Shown piece by piece: positions 1 through 12,000 of a stretch of DNA of 64,000 bases (position 1 is its first letter; each line of letters opens with the position of its first letter). Below the pieces are notes generated by a model. It was not told the DNA's origin, did no database searches, and worked only from the letters and a program-made list of their open reading frames with translations. Source of the DNA: Takakia lepidozioides (lineage: Eukaryota; Plantae; Bryophyta); the NCBI GenBank assembly GCA_030704615.1, contig CM060731.1, positions 77,252,001 through 77,316,000 of the forward strand, read 5' to 3'. The translations under genes were made by a program, and so were the position numbers.

Positions 1-674
1 GGCCTGACCAAGAAACTCTCGAAAGGTTTTGTAAGGCCTGTGATATCATCTTCCATGATGAGAGTTGGGGTTTGGGTTGACATAGGTGAGAGTGATTTGA
101 AGTCTCTGAGTAGGGAAGGGATTTTTCCGTCTAGACATTTCCTTAGTTGGGAAGATGGCTCTGCTAGTCCAATTTCCATCACTTGAGAGGAAAATTCTGA
201 TGAGAACTACAGGAACCTCTTTCATCGCCTATGAGACGTATAAATGTTAAAAATGAGAAAAATCCCCTTTGGTAGTCACCACTATGATTCCGAAAGCAAC
301 TAGAGGGATGTCTAGTTAACATCAGAAGGGAAGAGATGAAGATTATTTGCTATCTCCCAAGATGCATTGAATCTATGTCCATGTGAAATGACTGGTAGTC
401 CTGCAATAAAAGTATGAAAGGGCTGTCTCCAGCTTGGGAACTTTTGTTGTTCAATGGCCAATGCTGTTTGTACTTGAAGCTTGCCAGCATAGCAGAGGAT
501 GTTTGAGAGTCTTAACTGCCAGCTTTTTGATAAAGAAACAGTGATAACAAGTTAAGCATTTCACAGCAAAGAGCTGATAACCATGATCCATTTGTGAATG
601 GCCATAGCTCAAATAAACTCCGCAGATTTGTCAGTGCCCCTGCATATAAATCTATGGTCCCCTCAAGTCCTTAC

Positions 675-2242
675 TCAGTAAGGCTTGCAGTCTTCTTCCT
701 CCTCCATAGCTCTTCCAGGTTATAGTAACTTCTCACATCCTCCCTAAACACATGGACGACAACACTACCTGCAGTTCAAATAGGGAAGTTAGAAATCATG
801 CTGTCAGAAATATGCATTTTGTGTACAAGTCTAATGGGCGTGGGTACTTATGCCATGAGGGGATTCAAAAGGAACACAAGGCCTCATTGGAACAAACTAC
901 AATCAAGCAGCTCAAGTAGAGCAATCAAGCCTGAAAGGATCGACACTGAAGAACATACCACAGTCAACCACCATCCACTGGTCACTGTCTCTGCCCTCCA
1001 CAGTTGGGTAGAGATTTGGCCCTATATTGCTCGACCGCTTCTTCACCTGTCACAGCATAAAGAAAAACCTTATTCTCCGACATCGCCTTTCTTTGCTGCA
1101 CTGCCTTCATCCAGGTATGATCCTTGATTTCAGACTGACAGGCCTACAGATGGAGAAGCCCGGGCAATGGACGAAGAGTGTGTGAAGCTCCTAAGCAGGT
1201 AAGACATCAATCCAGTCGTGCGATGATTGAGACCTCGCATAATCATCACCTCTTCTAAGAAACATTGTTGCACATATAGCAAATTGTCTTCACATCGCTT
1301 AGCAGCAACAATTGACATCATTGAACAGTTTAGAACATGTGAAACCGGTTTAAAAAATCTGTGGGTTGATTTGAATGTGTAAACTCACCTCAAAGACAAT
1401 GGAATCAGCTACCCCTCGCATGTGTCTGGTGGAGTGTGCCGAGGCAATAATCAAATGATCAGTCCACTCACAAAGATCCCGGACTGGCAGCACCTCTACA
1501 TCTTCAGCCCGGAGTTTATCAAGAATTTTGCACACTTCTTCAACGCTCAGGACATGGAGGTAGCTGCGGCCTTGGCGGTCTGGTTGTGGCTCTGCATCTT
1601 CCAACAGGCATTCACCTCCATCTTCCTGCATGCACCCTGCCCTCATCAGATAGCTGCAGGCTGGTATGCATAAGGTGGGAAAGCGGGAACCTTTTCTATG
1701 AAAGTAGAGAGCCTTGGTAAAACAAAAACCGCGGAAGAGGGGAACATTCTTGAAATCTACCAGCATTGCATAGAGTCCCCTCGTTCACTGTAAGCTTCAT
1801 CTATCCGTTTACAGTCCTTTTACCAGTGAGATACCAGCTGTATGTAATTTGATATGGTATACCCTCAAGTCAAGCTTACAATGTAGAAATCCTCCGCCTC
1901 AGTCGCTTCTAGTGCTCCCTCCTCCTTAGTTCCTTCTGGTTCTGACCGGATTGTTTCACCTGGCTCTGATTCAAGCAATGCGTCGATCTCTTTCAAGTAG
2001 TGGGAGGATCCAGAAAACGTCGATGCTGTGCGGAGACATCCGTATGAATGAGAAACTGGAAAAGTATTACTCTCAGATTGTGCCAATTGAGACCACGAAA
2101 AGAATCCAGCAGACGAATCTGAACCAATGATGATCCAAGAAGAGAGGAAGGACGGTGATGAGGGAGGGCCACAGATACGCGCAGAGGACGAAGCCAGCAA
2201 TCGACTGAGTAAATGCAGACTGCGCAGCGATGGCCGCGGCAT
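675..2242 (-). CDS. RsfS/Iojap (MALSU1-like) ribosome silencing/assembly factor, probably mitochondrial; 4 exons (2242-1880, 1625-1389, 1046-959, 768-675)
   Basis: The spliced reading gives LSVEEVCKILDKLRAEDVEVLPVRDLCEWTDHLIIASAHSTRHMRGVADSIVFE-VKKRSSNIGPNLYPTVEGRDSDQWMVVDC-GSVVVHVFREDVRSYYNLEELW, the RsfS signature (W..VD.G..VVH.F....R..Y.LE.LW). Introns are GT-AG and in phase. The N-terminus is R/S/L-rich, like a presequence. Confidence 0.9.
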
Positions 2243-2606
2243 AATTTATCAGCTCAAGTAGCTCTCTCCACCAAAGTCTTCGCCACCGATCTCTTCTCCA
2301 ACACTTGTGTCTCCTTATACATGGACTGCATCAATGTGGCGTATTTTTCTTTCAAGCAAGAGCGAGGATCCAAGTGCTCCGCCTACCTCCTTCACATTCA
2401 CAACTACCTCCTTCACTGATCCAACTCTCAAGAATCTCCCTCAGGGTTTAGGGTTCAATGACTTGGGATGCTGCCGGTCGCCATTCTTACAAATACCGGT
2501 GGTAGCCTGTCGCCCAGACGGTAATGTCTTAGCTTCTAATTCTACTGGTGACAAATCTTGTCTCAGCTTACTTTTTCATCAAGTATAAAGTTATCTCAAT
2601 GGGCTT

Positions 2607-2725
2607 TGTTGTATACTGGTACCGGAGTTAAAGTTTTTACCTTTAACTTATGGTGGTCTTATAATTTGCTGTATACTGGTACTGGAGTTAAAGTCTTTAC
2701 CTTAACTTACCTTGGTCTTATAATT
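2607..2725. repeat. Two imperfect ~60-bp tandem copies in the RsfS/bL27 divergent promoter
   Basis: TGTATACTGGTAC(C/T)GGAGTTAAAGT(T/C)TTTACCTT...GGTCTTATAATT occurs twice in tandem. Confidence 0.85.
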
Positions 2726-2953
2726 CTTATCTGCTCAGGGGACCCGGAGTCTCGGGATGATAGAAACTGCAGGCCGACCGAGGTGGAACTGCCGGCTCGC
2801 ATTGCTTCGGCGCCCCGAACCTCGCACTCGGTCCGAGCCACAGTGCCTCGTCCTTCAGACTAGCACACAGATTCTGTGCTTGAAAGTTGAAAGGGAGAGC
2901 TGGGTTTTGGTGCAGAATCTGTGGCTCGAGTTGGGTTTCGTGCTTGACCAAGT

Positions 2954-5508
2954 ATGGCCATGGCGATGGCCGCCATACCCTCCCTGACAGGGATGCTGAG
3001 GGGCCTGAGCTTGGGTTCCAGCTCGTCTTCTTCCTACATGGTGGGGGAGGGAGGAGCGGGAATGCTTTGTAAAAGAGGGAATGTGTCATTGCCCACGCAA
3101 ATGTTGGAGCTGACCATTGAAGCGGCGCACAAGAAGGGGTCGGGAAGTACAAAGAATGGCCGAGATTCCAAGCCCAAGATGCTTGGGGTGAAGATCTATG
3201 GTGACCAGGTGGCGCAACCTGGATCCATCATCATTCGGCAGCGGGGCACTAAGGTCTCCTTCTGACACCCTGTCTTGTGAATTGTGGTGAGGGAATATCA
3301 GGGCCGCAAACAGCTTGTCACGCCAACTCAGAAACTCTGTCTCTTCCTTCAAAACTGGTCACTGGTTCTTTGACCACAAGGCAAGCAAACTCTGATTAGG
3401 GAAGTCCTTCTCTCCCCCACACATATACACACAAAAACAGGTTTGAGTTTTGAACCACAGCGCACTCAGGTCCGCTCTCTCTTTCCCCATGTCATGGGCT
3501 CCTCATGGACTTTGAATTCAATTGGCACGGCTGGATCCCACTTTTATCTCCCCCATTCCCCATTGCCGCACAGTTCATCCATAAAGCCTGCTTGCGACTG
3601 CACAAGGCCATCTCCTTACTCAGGTCCCAGTAGCCCTCTTATCTAACAGCTGCATGTGCATTCCAATATTTTTTGCAAATGATGGACAGAAACAATGTAG
3701 CTCCGGAGTGAGATTCTCTCTCTCTCTCTTTCTCTCTCACCCTTTCAACCAGTTGAATCGCATGCCTAATACCAGATACCCTAAGGTAAACAAATCTGTT
3801 TCTTGTAAAGAAGACCGTCTTGAAATAGGTTGAGAAGATTTTCAAGTACCTGAATATCTGACCCTGATAGATGAAGCTGACCTGGAGGCTGAAGTGTCTA
3901 ATGCCTTGTCGGAAGCATGAAGATTGCCAAACAAAACAAAGTTAGGGACAAACCTTCCCATTTCCATTTTGTGACATGGGTGAGGACCGGCCTACCGACC
4001 CTCGGCACTAGACTGAAATTTAATCTCGGGACTGGGAGTCTACCTTTGAACAATAAACAGATGCAGAGAGGATAGGGAAATTGTCAATGCCCGATGTGTG
4101 GGCAGCGTGAAGCCAGTATTCATTTTCTCTGAAACAATGTTGGGGACATTCTCATCAGAGAGTGATCGTGTTCAGGACCATCAAGAACATAGTCCCTGCA
4201 CCTCTGCACACTAACTTCCAAAATCTCGAGGCTGACCCTAAAGCCTTGGCCCTGTTGGGGTCTAATTGCTGGGCAGTTCACACACAGCAGATCATGCTTG
4301 TGGAAGGTCTTTCTGGAGGAAATCTGAAAATCCTGAACCAATTGCTTATACCAAGGTAAGTCCTACTACTGGAGTGAGCCCCTCACAAAGATAGTATGTT
4401 CCCTCTTGTTCGGCCCAAGTGGGGGCGGGGTCACAAGTTTACATTGTTTCTGAATCATTCTGCATATCTGCCTGCTACAAAGGGTCATTTATGTTTCCGA
4501 TTGTTGGACATATCTGTATGCAGTTCCATCCTGGAAAGAACGTTGGACTAGGGAGAGACTACACCATTTTCTCGTTGATCGATGGCCTTGTCAAGTTTGA
4601 AAAATTTGGGCCGGATAGGAAGAAGGTACACGTCCTTGCATTGGGTGTTCCGTGCATTTACTCAGCTCTTTCTTCTACATTCATAGTTTTGGTCTCTTGA
4701 AATATACTCTCTTTGTCTGTTACATCTACATTAACAATAGAAGAGTTACCTGACACCTTGGGCATGGGGACTTCCTGTAAACATTGGTGTCTTGGCGTCA
4801 TGCCAATGTGATAAGAGACACCTAAGTCATGGCAAGCCACAACGGTGGCTCCAGTCAAGTTAAACCCTGGTTAGGTAATTTCATGGTCACCACCTCAGCA
4901 TTATGCTATGCCATCCTAGTTTTGAACTTTGACATCAAGTGTAGCAGAACGGAATTTTTTTAGAAGTTTCCTTCATCAACAAAGTTGCCCACAGGATTAG
5001 ATAGTACTTCATTTAGCTTGGTTTGTCCCAGGATCAGAACATCTAAAACAAAGTCATGCATAGAGATAAGGCTAATGCTGTGATCACGTTGAGATAATGA
5101 ATGTGGTGATATTTTCTATGGTTGGTGCTCAATTGAGTGGGCCTATCCATCGATATCAAATACCTTGTTTGCCAAATCTTATTATCTATGTGCGCTATGT
5201 CTGTACTAACCTGCTTTGTTCTAGCTCCTGCATGCACAGAGCCAGGAAGAGATGGCAGGTTTAGAGCAGGCCCTCAATTCTGGCTTCTCTTAGTTCTTGA
5301 TGTGTGTGCCGTGGGGTGGTTGTAGGTGAGTGTTTACCCAAGGCTAGAGGAGGTGGTGGAGAACCCAAACAGCAGGAAGGTTAGAAGGCGAGAATTCTAC
5401 AGGGAGCGCCGTGAGCGTCGCAGGGCTTATCTGGAAGGCCAGTTCTTTGAGCCAAGCTTGGCTATGGCTTCAGCTGAACCTGTCGATCAAGCGGATTGTG
5501 CTAGTTAG
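2954..5508 (+). CDS. RPL27: Plastid 50S ribosomal protein bL27 precursor; 3 exons (2954-3253, 4524-4625, 5326-5508)
   Basis: A Ser-rich transit peptide is followed by [82 protein letters not shown] and the plastid-type C-terminal extension [14 protein letters not shown]. Confidence 0.95.
4192..4433 (+). repeat. Dispersed ~240-bp repeat, copy A (RPL27 intron 1)
   Basis: Aligns by eye with 24421-24668 (shared blocks TCTCGAGGCTGA, GGGCA..TCACACACAGCAGAT, AGGTAAGTC.TACTAC, AGCCCCT.ACA, GCGGGGTCA) and with 20910-21052 on the minus strand. Confidence 0.75.
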
Positions 5509-5713
5509 TTGGTGTACTGGAGCTTCAAGTATTGCTCCTGCATAATTGCTTTTTGTATATCCCATTTTTATGTAAAACTTGAGAAGCAAAGAAGCTTTGT
5601 CCATTGTGCTAGTTAGTTGGTGTACTGGAGCTTCAAGTATTGCTCCTGCATAATTGCTTTTTGTATATCCCATTTTTATGTAAAACTTGAGAAGCAAAGA
5701 AGCTTTGTCCATT
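5495..5713 (+). repeat. Perfect 108-bp tandem duplication spanning the RPL27 stop codon and proximal 3' UTR
   Basis: 5495-5602 is identical to 5603-5710, with ATT microhomology at the junctions. Confidence 0.95.
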
Positions 5714-6066
5714 ATCCATGAGGGGAGTTTGGAAGGATATTTGGCATCTGTCTATTCACCTCATTCCCTGATGCATGCAAATGGGGTGCTCAAGACTGTG
5801 GCAAACAATTCTTGATAGTACATCTTATCACTCTCGTCTTATCAAGTGAAGTCTTATCAAGTGAAGTGTGTGACTGTTAGGCCTTTTGGGTGCCCACTGC
5901 CCATTTCAAGCCATCACATGAAGTATAAGTGAAGTTGGCAGAATGCTATGTAAACCTCAGCCACTGAAGAAGGATTGTGAGCTTCAATCTTAAAACCTGA
6001 GGAGTTATTCAATCCATGGTGGAGTCGGTATCTCTCTGACTAGTTGTATTAGGTACTGGGGGTTGC

Positions 6067-6447
6067 TCATGCTCTCAGAATGCTTTTTACCGCACGTTCT
6101 GCAACCTCCACATCACCATGAATTTTGCAGGCACCAAGCAAGGCCATCCACACTACAGAACCTGGTTTGATTGGCATTTTATTAATGAACTCCTCTGCCT
6201 CACCCAACCGGCCTGCCCGGCCGAGAAGGTCCACCATGCAGCCAAAATGCTCAACTGTAGGAGTAAGGCCATGATTGTGACTCGTTGACTCAAAGCACTG
6301 ACGGCCTTCATCCACTAGGCCCATATGGCTCCGCATATGAAGGTGATACTGTTCAGCTTCAAGCCTTCATGTTGCATCTCCTCAAATAGTCGCACAGCCT
6401 CCCTAGCAGAGCCATGGTGGGCACAACCTGCGATCATTGCACTCCAT
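6067..6447 (-). pseudogene. PLS-class PPR gene fragment (P2-L2-S2-E1), frameshifted and truncated
   Basis: WSAMIAGCAHHGSAREAVRLFEEMQHEGLKLNSITFI / frameshift / SHMGLVDEGRQCF...[62 protein letters not shown] has no upstream repeats and no E+/DYW domain. Confidence 0.85.
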
Positions 6448-6595
6448 CCCCTTCAGCCATACTACAAAACACTTGAGAGGCCAGATGCTGGAAACCCACA
6501 ATGCTGCGCTGCTTGAGAGGGAAAGCCGCATTGTCCTGACAAACCAACAAGAGATCATTGATCGCTGCCGACTCTGCGAGGTTCCGTTACAAACA

Positions 6596-6680
6596 CGACG
6601 ACGATGACGTGGCTGACGACGACGTGGCGTGGCGACGATGACGTGGCGGAGACGATGATGTGGCGACGATGATGTGGCGT
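6596..6680. repeat. Short tandem array of a ~14-bp unit GACGATGA(C/T)GTGGC containing three ACGTGGC (ABRE/G-box core) motifs
   Basis: Seen directly in the sequence. Confidence 0.75.
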
Positions 6681-6831
6681 TATAGCACCCTATTCCTGCT
6701 CTACTCTAAACTAGGCTCCGACTTTGAGTCGTCGCTAGAAATAGTGAAAGAGGGGAGGATTTGACAGAGGACCTGACGGAGGAGCCCAGGCTACGGGAAT
6801 TCGGCGAAAGTACCATCAGATTGTACGCGTC

Positions 6832-6864
6832 CATTAAGTTCTTACATTATACCTATTGTCTTCC
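6832..6864. mobile_element. Solo terminal sequence matching the right TIR tip of the 18-kb MULE
   Basis: CATTAAGTTCTTACATTATACCTATTGTCTTCC versus CATTAAGTTCTTACATTATTCCTATTATCTTCC (60565-60597): 2 mismatches in 33 bp. Confidence 0.8.
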
Positions 6865-6961
6865 TGATTTACGTAAGTATAATACGCGTTCTTATAGTGA
6901 GTGCTACAAAAAGTGTTATTTTTTTTTTTGGTTATCTTAGGTTAAAGGGAGTGGACTGGAC

Positions 6962-8495
6962 CAGTGGTGGGCAGTTATCAGGTTTTCGTTAGCTCCTCCG
7001 GTGCAGGTTCTTTGCCAGTTTCCCCTTCTTTAGAACCTCCGGAGGCGGTTAAATGGACAAAGGAAAAAATTAAATAACCTGCCGGAGGCGGTTCTTTGCT
7101 GTTTAAAAAAAACCCGGTTAAGTTCAATTCCGGTTATTAAAGACCTTTGCACAGGCGGTTTTTTGGACTGGTTCTGGAAGTGCAATATACTTCATAACTG
7201 GTAGATAACCGGCGGTCCTTAAAACGGTTATATTGTGGTCATGTAAATGAACTATTTATTTAAATTTTTTTTACATATAATGAAATGATGAAAATATTTA
7301 AAAACAAATCTTAAATAAATGCCAAGCAGGGATTGACCAGCCATGCAAGATGGTTAGCCCTTGAAACTGGATCATCCAAATGATCAATAATGGACATCTT
7401 AGTTACCAGATTGGTGTCACATTAATCTTAGCAAGGGTATATGCTGACACTATTTATTGATAACCGGGTCCTTTTTTAAGGCCATGGCCGACCAAACGTG
7501 CTCGCGGGTTCTCAAAGCCCGCCCTTATCTCAACCCCTAGCCTCCACTGGATCGGTTTATATCCGGTTTTTTTAATTTTTGCACCTCCTCCAGATATATA
7601 TATATATAACCGGTCTAATAACAGGCGGTTATAACCGACCAAAGTTCATAACCGCCCAACACTGGTCTGCGCCGGATCTGTTTATATCTGGTTTTTTTTA
7701 TTTTTGCACCTCCTCCGGATATATATATATATAACCGGTCTAATAACAAGCGGTTATAACCGGCCAAAGTTCATAACCGCCCAACACTGAACTTTGGCAG
7801 GTTATAACCGCCTGTTATTAGACAGGTTATATATATATATATCCATCCGGAGGAGGTGCAAAAATAAAAAAACCGGATATAAACAGATCCGGCGGAGGCT
7901 AGGGGTTGAGATAACTGGCGGGCTTTGAGAACCGGCGAGCAAGTTTGGTTTTTTATTTATTGGTATCCGGCCATGGCCTTAAAAAAGGACCCGGTTATCA
8001 ATAAACAGTGTCAGCATATACCCTTGCTAAGATTAATGTGACACCAATCTGGTAACTAAGCTGTCCATTATTGATCATTTGGATGATCCAGTTTCAAGGG
8101 CTAACCATCTTGCATGGCTGGTCAATCCCTGCTTGGCATTTATTTAAGTTTTTTTTTAAATATTTTCATCATTTCAATATATGTAAATTTTTATTTTATA
8201 AATAATTCATTTACATGACCGCAGTATAACCGTTTTAAGGACCGCCGGTTATCTACCAGTTATGAAGTATATTGAACTTCCGGAACCGGTTCAAAAAACC
8301 ACCTGTGCAAAGGTCTTTAATAACCGGAATTGAACTTGACCGGGATTTTTGAAAACATCAAAGAACCGCCTCCGGCAGGTTATTTAATTTTTTCTTTTGT
8401 CCATTTAACAGCCTCAGGAGGTTGTAAAGAAGGGGCAATTGGCAAAGAACCTGCACCGGAGGAGCTCCCGAAAACCTGACAACCGCCCACCACTG
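6962..8495. mobile_element. Non-autonomous hAT-type element organised as an inverted (foldback) dimer of a ~700-bp MITE
   Basis: Termini are CAGTGGTGGGC...GCCCACCACTG with an 8-bp TSD GACTGGAC at 6954-6961 and 8496-8503. Arm 6962-7664 is reverse-complementary to arm ~7788-8495. Internal right-end TIRs (ATAACCGCCCAACACTG) end at 7664 and 7789. Many AACCGG/CCGGTT subterminal motifs are present. Confidence 0.9.
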
Positions 8496-9043
8496 GACTG
8501 GACACCCTATTAACTTTATAGATAAGGAACCAAAAAGTCCAGGCATTAAAAAAAAACCTCTGGTGGGTGCCGTGGGGCTGACCAAGTGCTCTTAAACTCC
8601 TATACCGTAGTAGTGTCTACGTGTATACCCATCTCCATCCGTGCATGTTGCTATAGCAAATTCTAAGCTTGCTTTCAGCAGTACTTTTCCACCAACACCA
8701 AAGATATTAACTCTCAAAGAAAGGAATGCAGACTCAGGCGACAGCATCAAGCATGAATGTGCCTGCAACTTCTGTTGCCAGCTTTCATGGAGTTTCCTTG
8801 AACTATAATTACCAATGTTTTGAGCTTTTGAGCCATTTCTAGTGTACAAGCTGTACACTACACTTACACATTGTAAAGTATACCATGGAGGCTTTGAAGC
8901 TGCGAGCTTCACATTACCACGCCCATTGTAAGCTTGTAAGAAACGAGGGATCCTGGTTAGAAGTAGAAGTCTGGTATTCTTGAGCAACATTTCCTCTTCA
9001 TTTCTGAGTACACCTCCCTGAACAAATATCCCAACATGGGTCT

Positions 9044-12000
9044 TCAGATCCTGAACGTGACTAGCTTGGGATCTATCTCCTCTGGCACCTTCCTTGCGAG
9101 GGGACATGGAGGTAGAGCCTCAGCGATGCACCTTGCTTGCAGTAAATAATTCGTGTACTTCTTTCTGGATGGAGGTAGTCCTCTAGTAGTATCTGGCATA
9201 GAATGAAAAAGTTGATTGTCTCCGTACCCAGGTTCCATAACGATAAAATCCAGCATTGTAGGTTTGAAGGTCCAGTCTCCAGTGTACCAATTGAAGTCAT
9301 ATAGTGGGAGAAATCTTTGACCAAAATCTGCTATGAACTCGATGGCAGAGAGAATGAATTCAAACTCCTCGTTTGTGATGTAATACGCGAAGCTTAGCCT
9401 TGCCCAGCCTGGCTTTATGCCTCCATGACCCTGTGATCCAAGCAAAGAGATTCATTAATCAATTCCATTCAACTATGTCAACTAAAGCACAATCTTCCTG
9501 AAATTTGTACATACCTGCAAATGAACAAAAGCGGCACTCAATATTCCTGCATCATCGTTTTCATGTCAGTCTGAGCCATTGCCTGCAACGTGTTCTCCAA
9601 ACGTTGATCCCTCTTTGTCCCTGTTTATCGGGCATACTTCAAGTGACCAAGTGGAATGACTCTGTACCTCATGCAACTTAGTGAACTACCATCTTCCACC
9701 AATCTTGAACGAAAGATTCACGAAAATAATAGTCAATCTAAGCTGCATGAAGACAGATTATTGTACCAAAAAACAAGGAATTGTCCTTGTGAGACTGGAA
9801 AGTACCTTCAATAGTCCATTGCGAATGCATAACGATTGGTCCTCATCCACTCCCAAAAGAACATGACCGTATGGACCCGCACATGCACAACCTCCTCTTG
9901 CTTGAATTCCAAACAAATCGTTGAGCAACTTCACTGTAAACCGGCCATGCAGTGGCTTCCCTCTTTGAGTTGGTGTCACTGGCTTTTTCTGAATCATCCC
10001 TTGCCTTCTGCTCTTCAATCCTGAATTGTGCTCTGAAGAGTGGGACTCTCGATGTGGTGAGGAGCAGTGGAAGGGGCTATGCAATGACCTCAATGGCACC
10101 CTGACCCAACTTTCCAACATCTTCAACGAAGAGCGTCCAGGACTCTCATTCGCTGTAACCAACTCAACGTCCTTACTAACTTGAGATGCAAAGTCCTCAA
10201 CCCTACAAGTTTGGAACTCCAGTTCAACATCATCGTCCAGATCGCTGTGCAGTGAGGAGCGAGTATCTAAAGGACTAATAGAATATGGGTTAGAATATGG
10301 ATTTTGTGAAGATATCGGTGATGGTCTTCTTGAAGGCTTCCGCGATATGTTGAGGAGCTCTTTGGCGAACGACCTTAGCGGAGACCGCCGATGACTGTCT
10401 TTTGAGGTAACTGACTCACCGTGCTTATGAATATGAGACTCGTCATACTCATCCAGATGAGATGTGTGCACAAGAAAGGATATGATTGCTATTCGTCTGG
10501 CTGTAGTATTCCCCAGGAGGTGGATGTTCTTGTGCTTCCTCAGCTTTTCGATGGCAGATACAATGAAGAACAACTCCTTCTTCTTGATGAGGTTGGTGCC
10601 CATCTCCTCTTTCACCCATAAAGCGAGGGCGCATCGAATCTTCTGAATGATCGGCGGAGTGCCAGCATCCTCCCGGGCTTCGATATCTTCAACATATATA
10701 GTGTCCTGTCAAAGGGGCGTCAAAGTACGTTGAATCATATGAAACACGCACTTGAGACACTCCTTCCAATGCAAAAAGACAACAAGCTCAACAATCTTTC
10801 CTTTGCAATCCTTGAAGAATGAGCCTAATAGAGGCCTAATAGCTGCGAAGACAATCTACGGGCCTGTTGCCAAAGGCCAGCAAATATCTGGCGTATTCCA
10901 CAAGAGGCTCAGCAACTGTAAGACTGTCGTACTGGATCATATCCTGTATAGGACTTCATCGATTACTCAGGGTTCTCATGCCGAGTTTGGGACCCTTTAC
11001 GGATAACTCTACTGACAGGATTGTATCCGCCCTGGCAAATGTTGTGCTTCTTCAACCACATGCAGCTACAGTAAGGCTTAACCCGTATGTCAAGTCTTAA
11101 ACTGGGGCACAAAATCTGAGTAGAAGAGCTTATAGGATGATGACCTCAGCTTGAAAATTGTTCACATACTCAACCGTACCACCCCCACAAGTCGACGGAG
11201 GGTTACTTCCAAGAAGATAAAGCTTCTTGTTCATTAGCAAAATGCCTGGAGTGCCAGGCCCCCCTACAAACTTGTGAGGGCTCAGGACAACAGCATCATA
11301 GCCATTGCTCTTCCCTGACCGCATATCGATATCCACGTACGGACCACTGCCATTGTTGACGAGCTTTCCATCAGGAATTTCATCACTAAATCATGACATA
11401 GTCTTGTGTGCGCATGGTTAGCATTAGAAGAGAAAACTGAATTGGGCAAAGCCCCACAGCTTATTGATCTATAATTAAGCGGCTACATCAGAAGCATGTA
11501 GATGACCTCCAATGATCTACAATTTTCAGCAAGTCATGAATACTAATGAATTACTTTTTTGGAACCCTCAGCGTTTCAGAGAACATTTTCAGCATAAGAT
11601 CCTCAGTCTTCTACCACAAGCTAAGGAGCTGAGGAAAACGATTCATACATTATGATCAGAGATAAAAGCAGGAAAGAGCAACTCAGTACCAGCTCGAATA
11701 ATCAAAGCAGACATAGGCCCCTCGTGCATGCAGTAGTTCAGAGATGGCACGTGTATCACAGAGAATACCAGTGACATTGCTGCATGCTGAGAAGGAACCC
11801 AGCTTAGGGCGGCCGTGGTATTTGGAGTTTTGCAGCTCTGCCTGCAATTTTTGAATGTCGAGTAATCCATCCTTGTTTACTGGAATTTCGACCACCTGTT
11901 TGAAACGCACGTCACACCAGCATGCCTTCTCAGATACATCTATCTTTACATATAGTTCAATGCGGGTGCATCTTTTCAGGGTGAGTTGCTTCTAGATGCA

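Noticed and set aside
1-480. Coding fragment at the window start
   Set aside because: The short open stretches have no identifiable homology, so no call can be supported.
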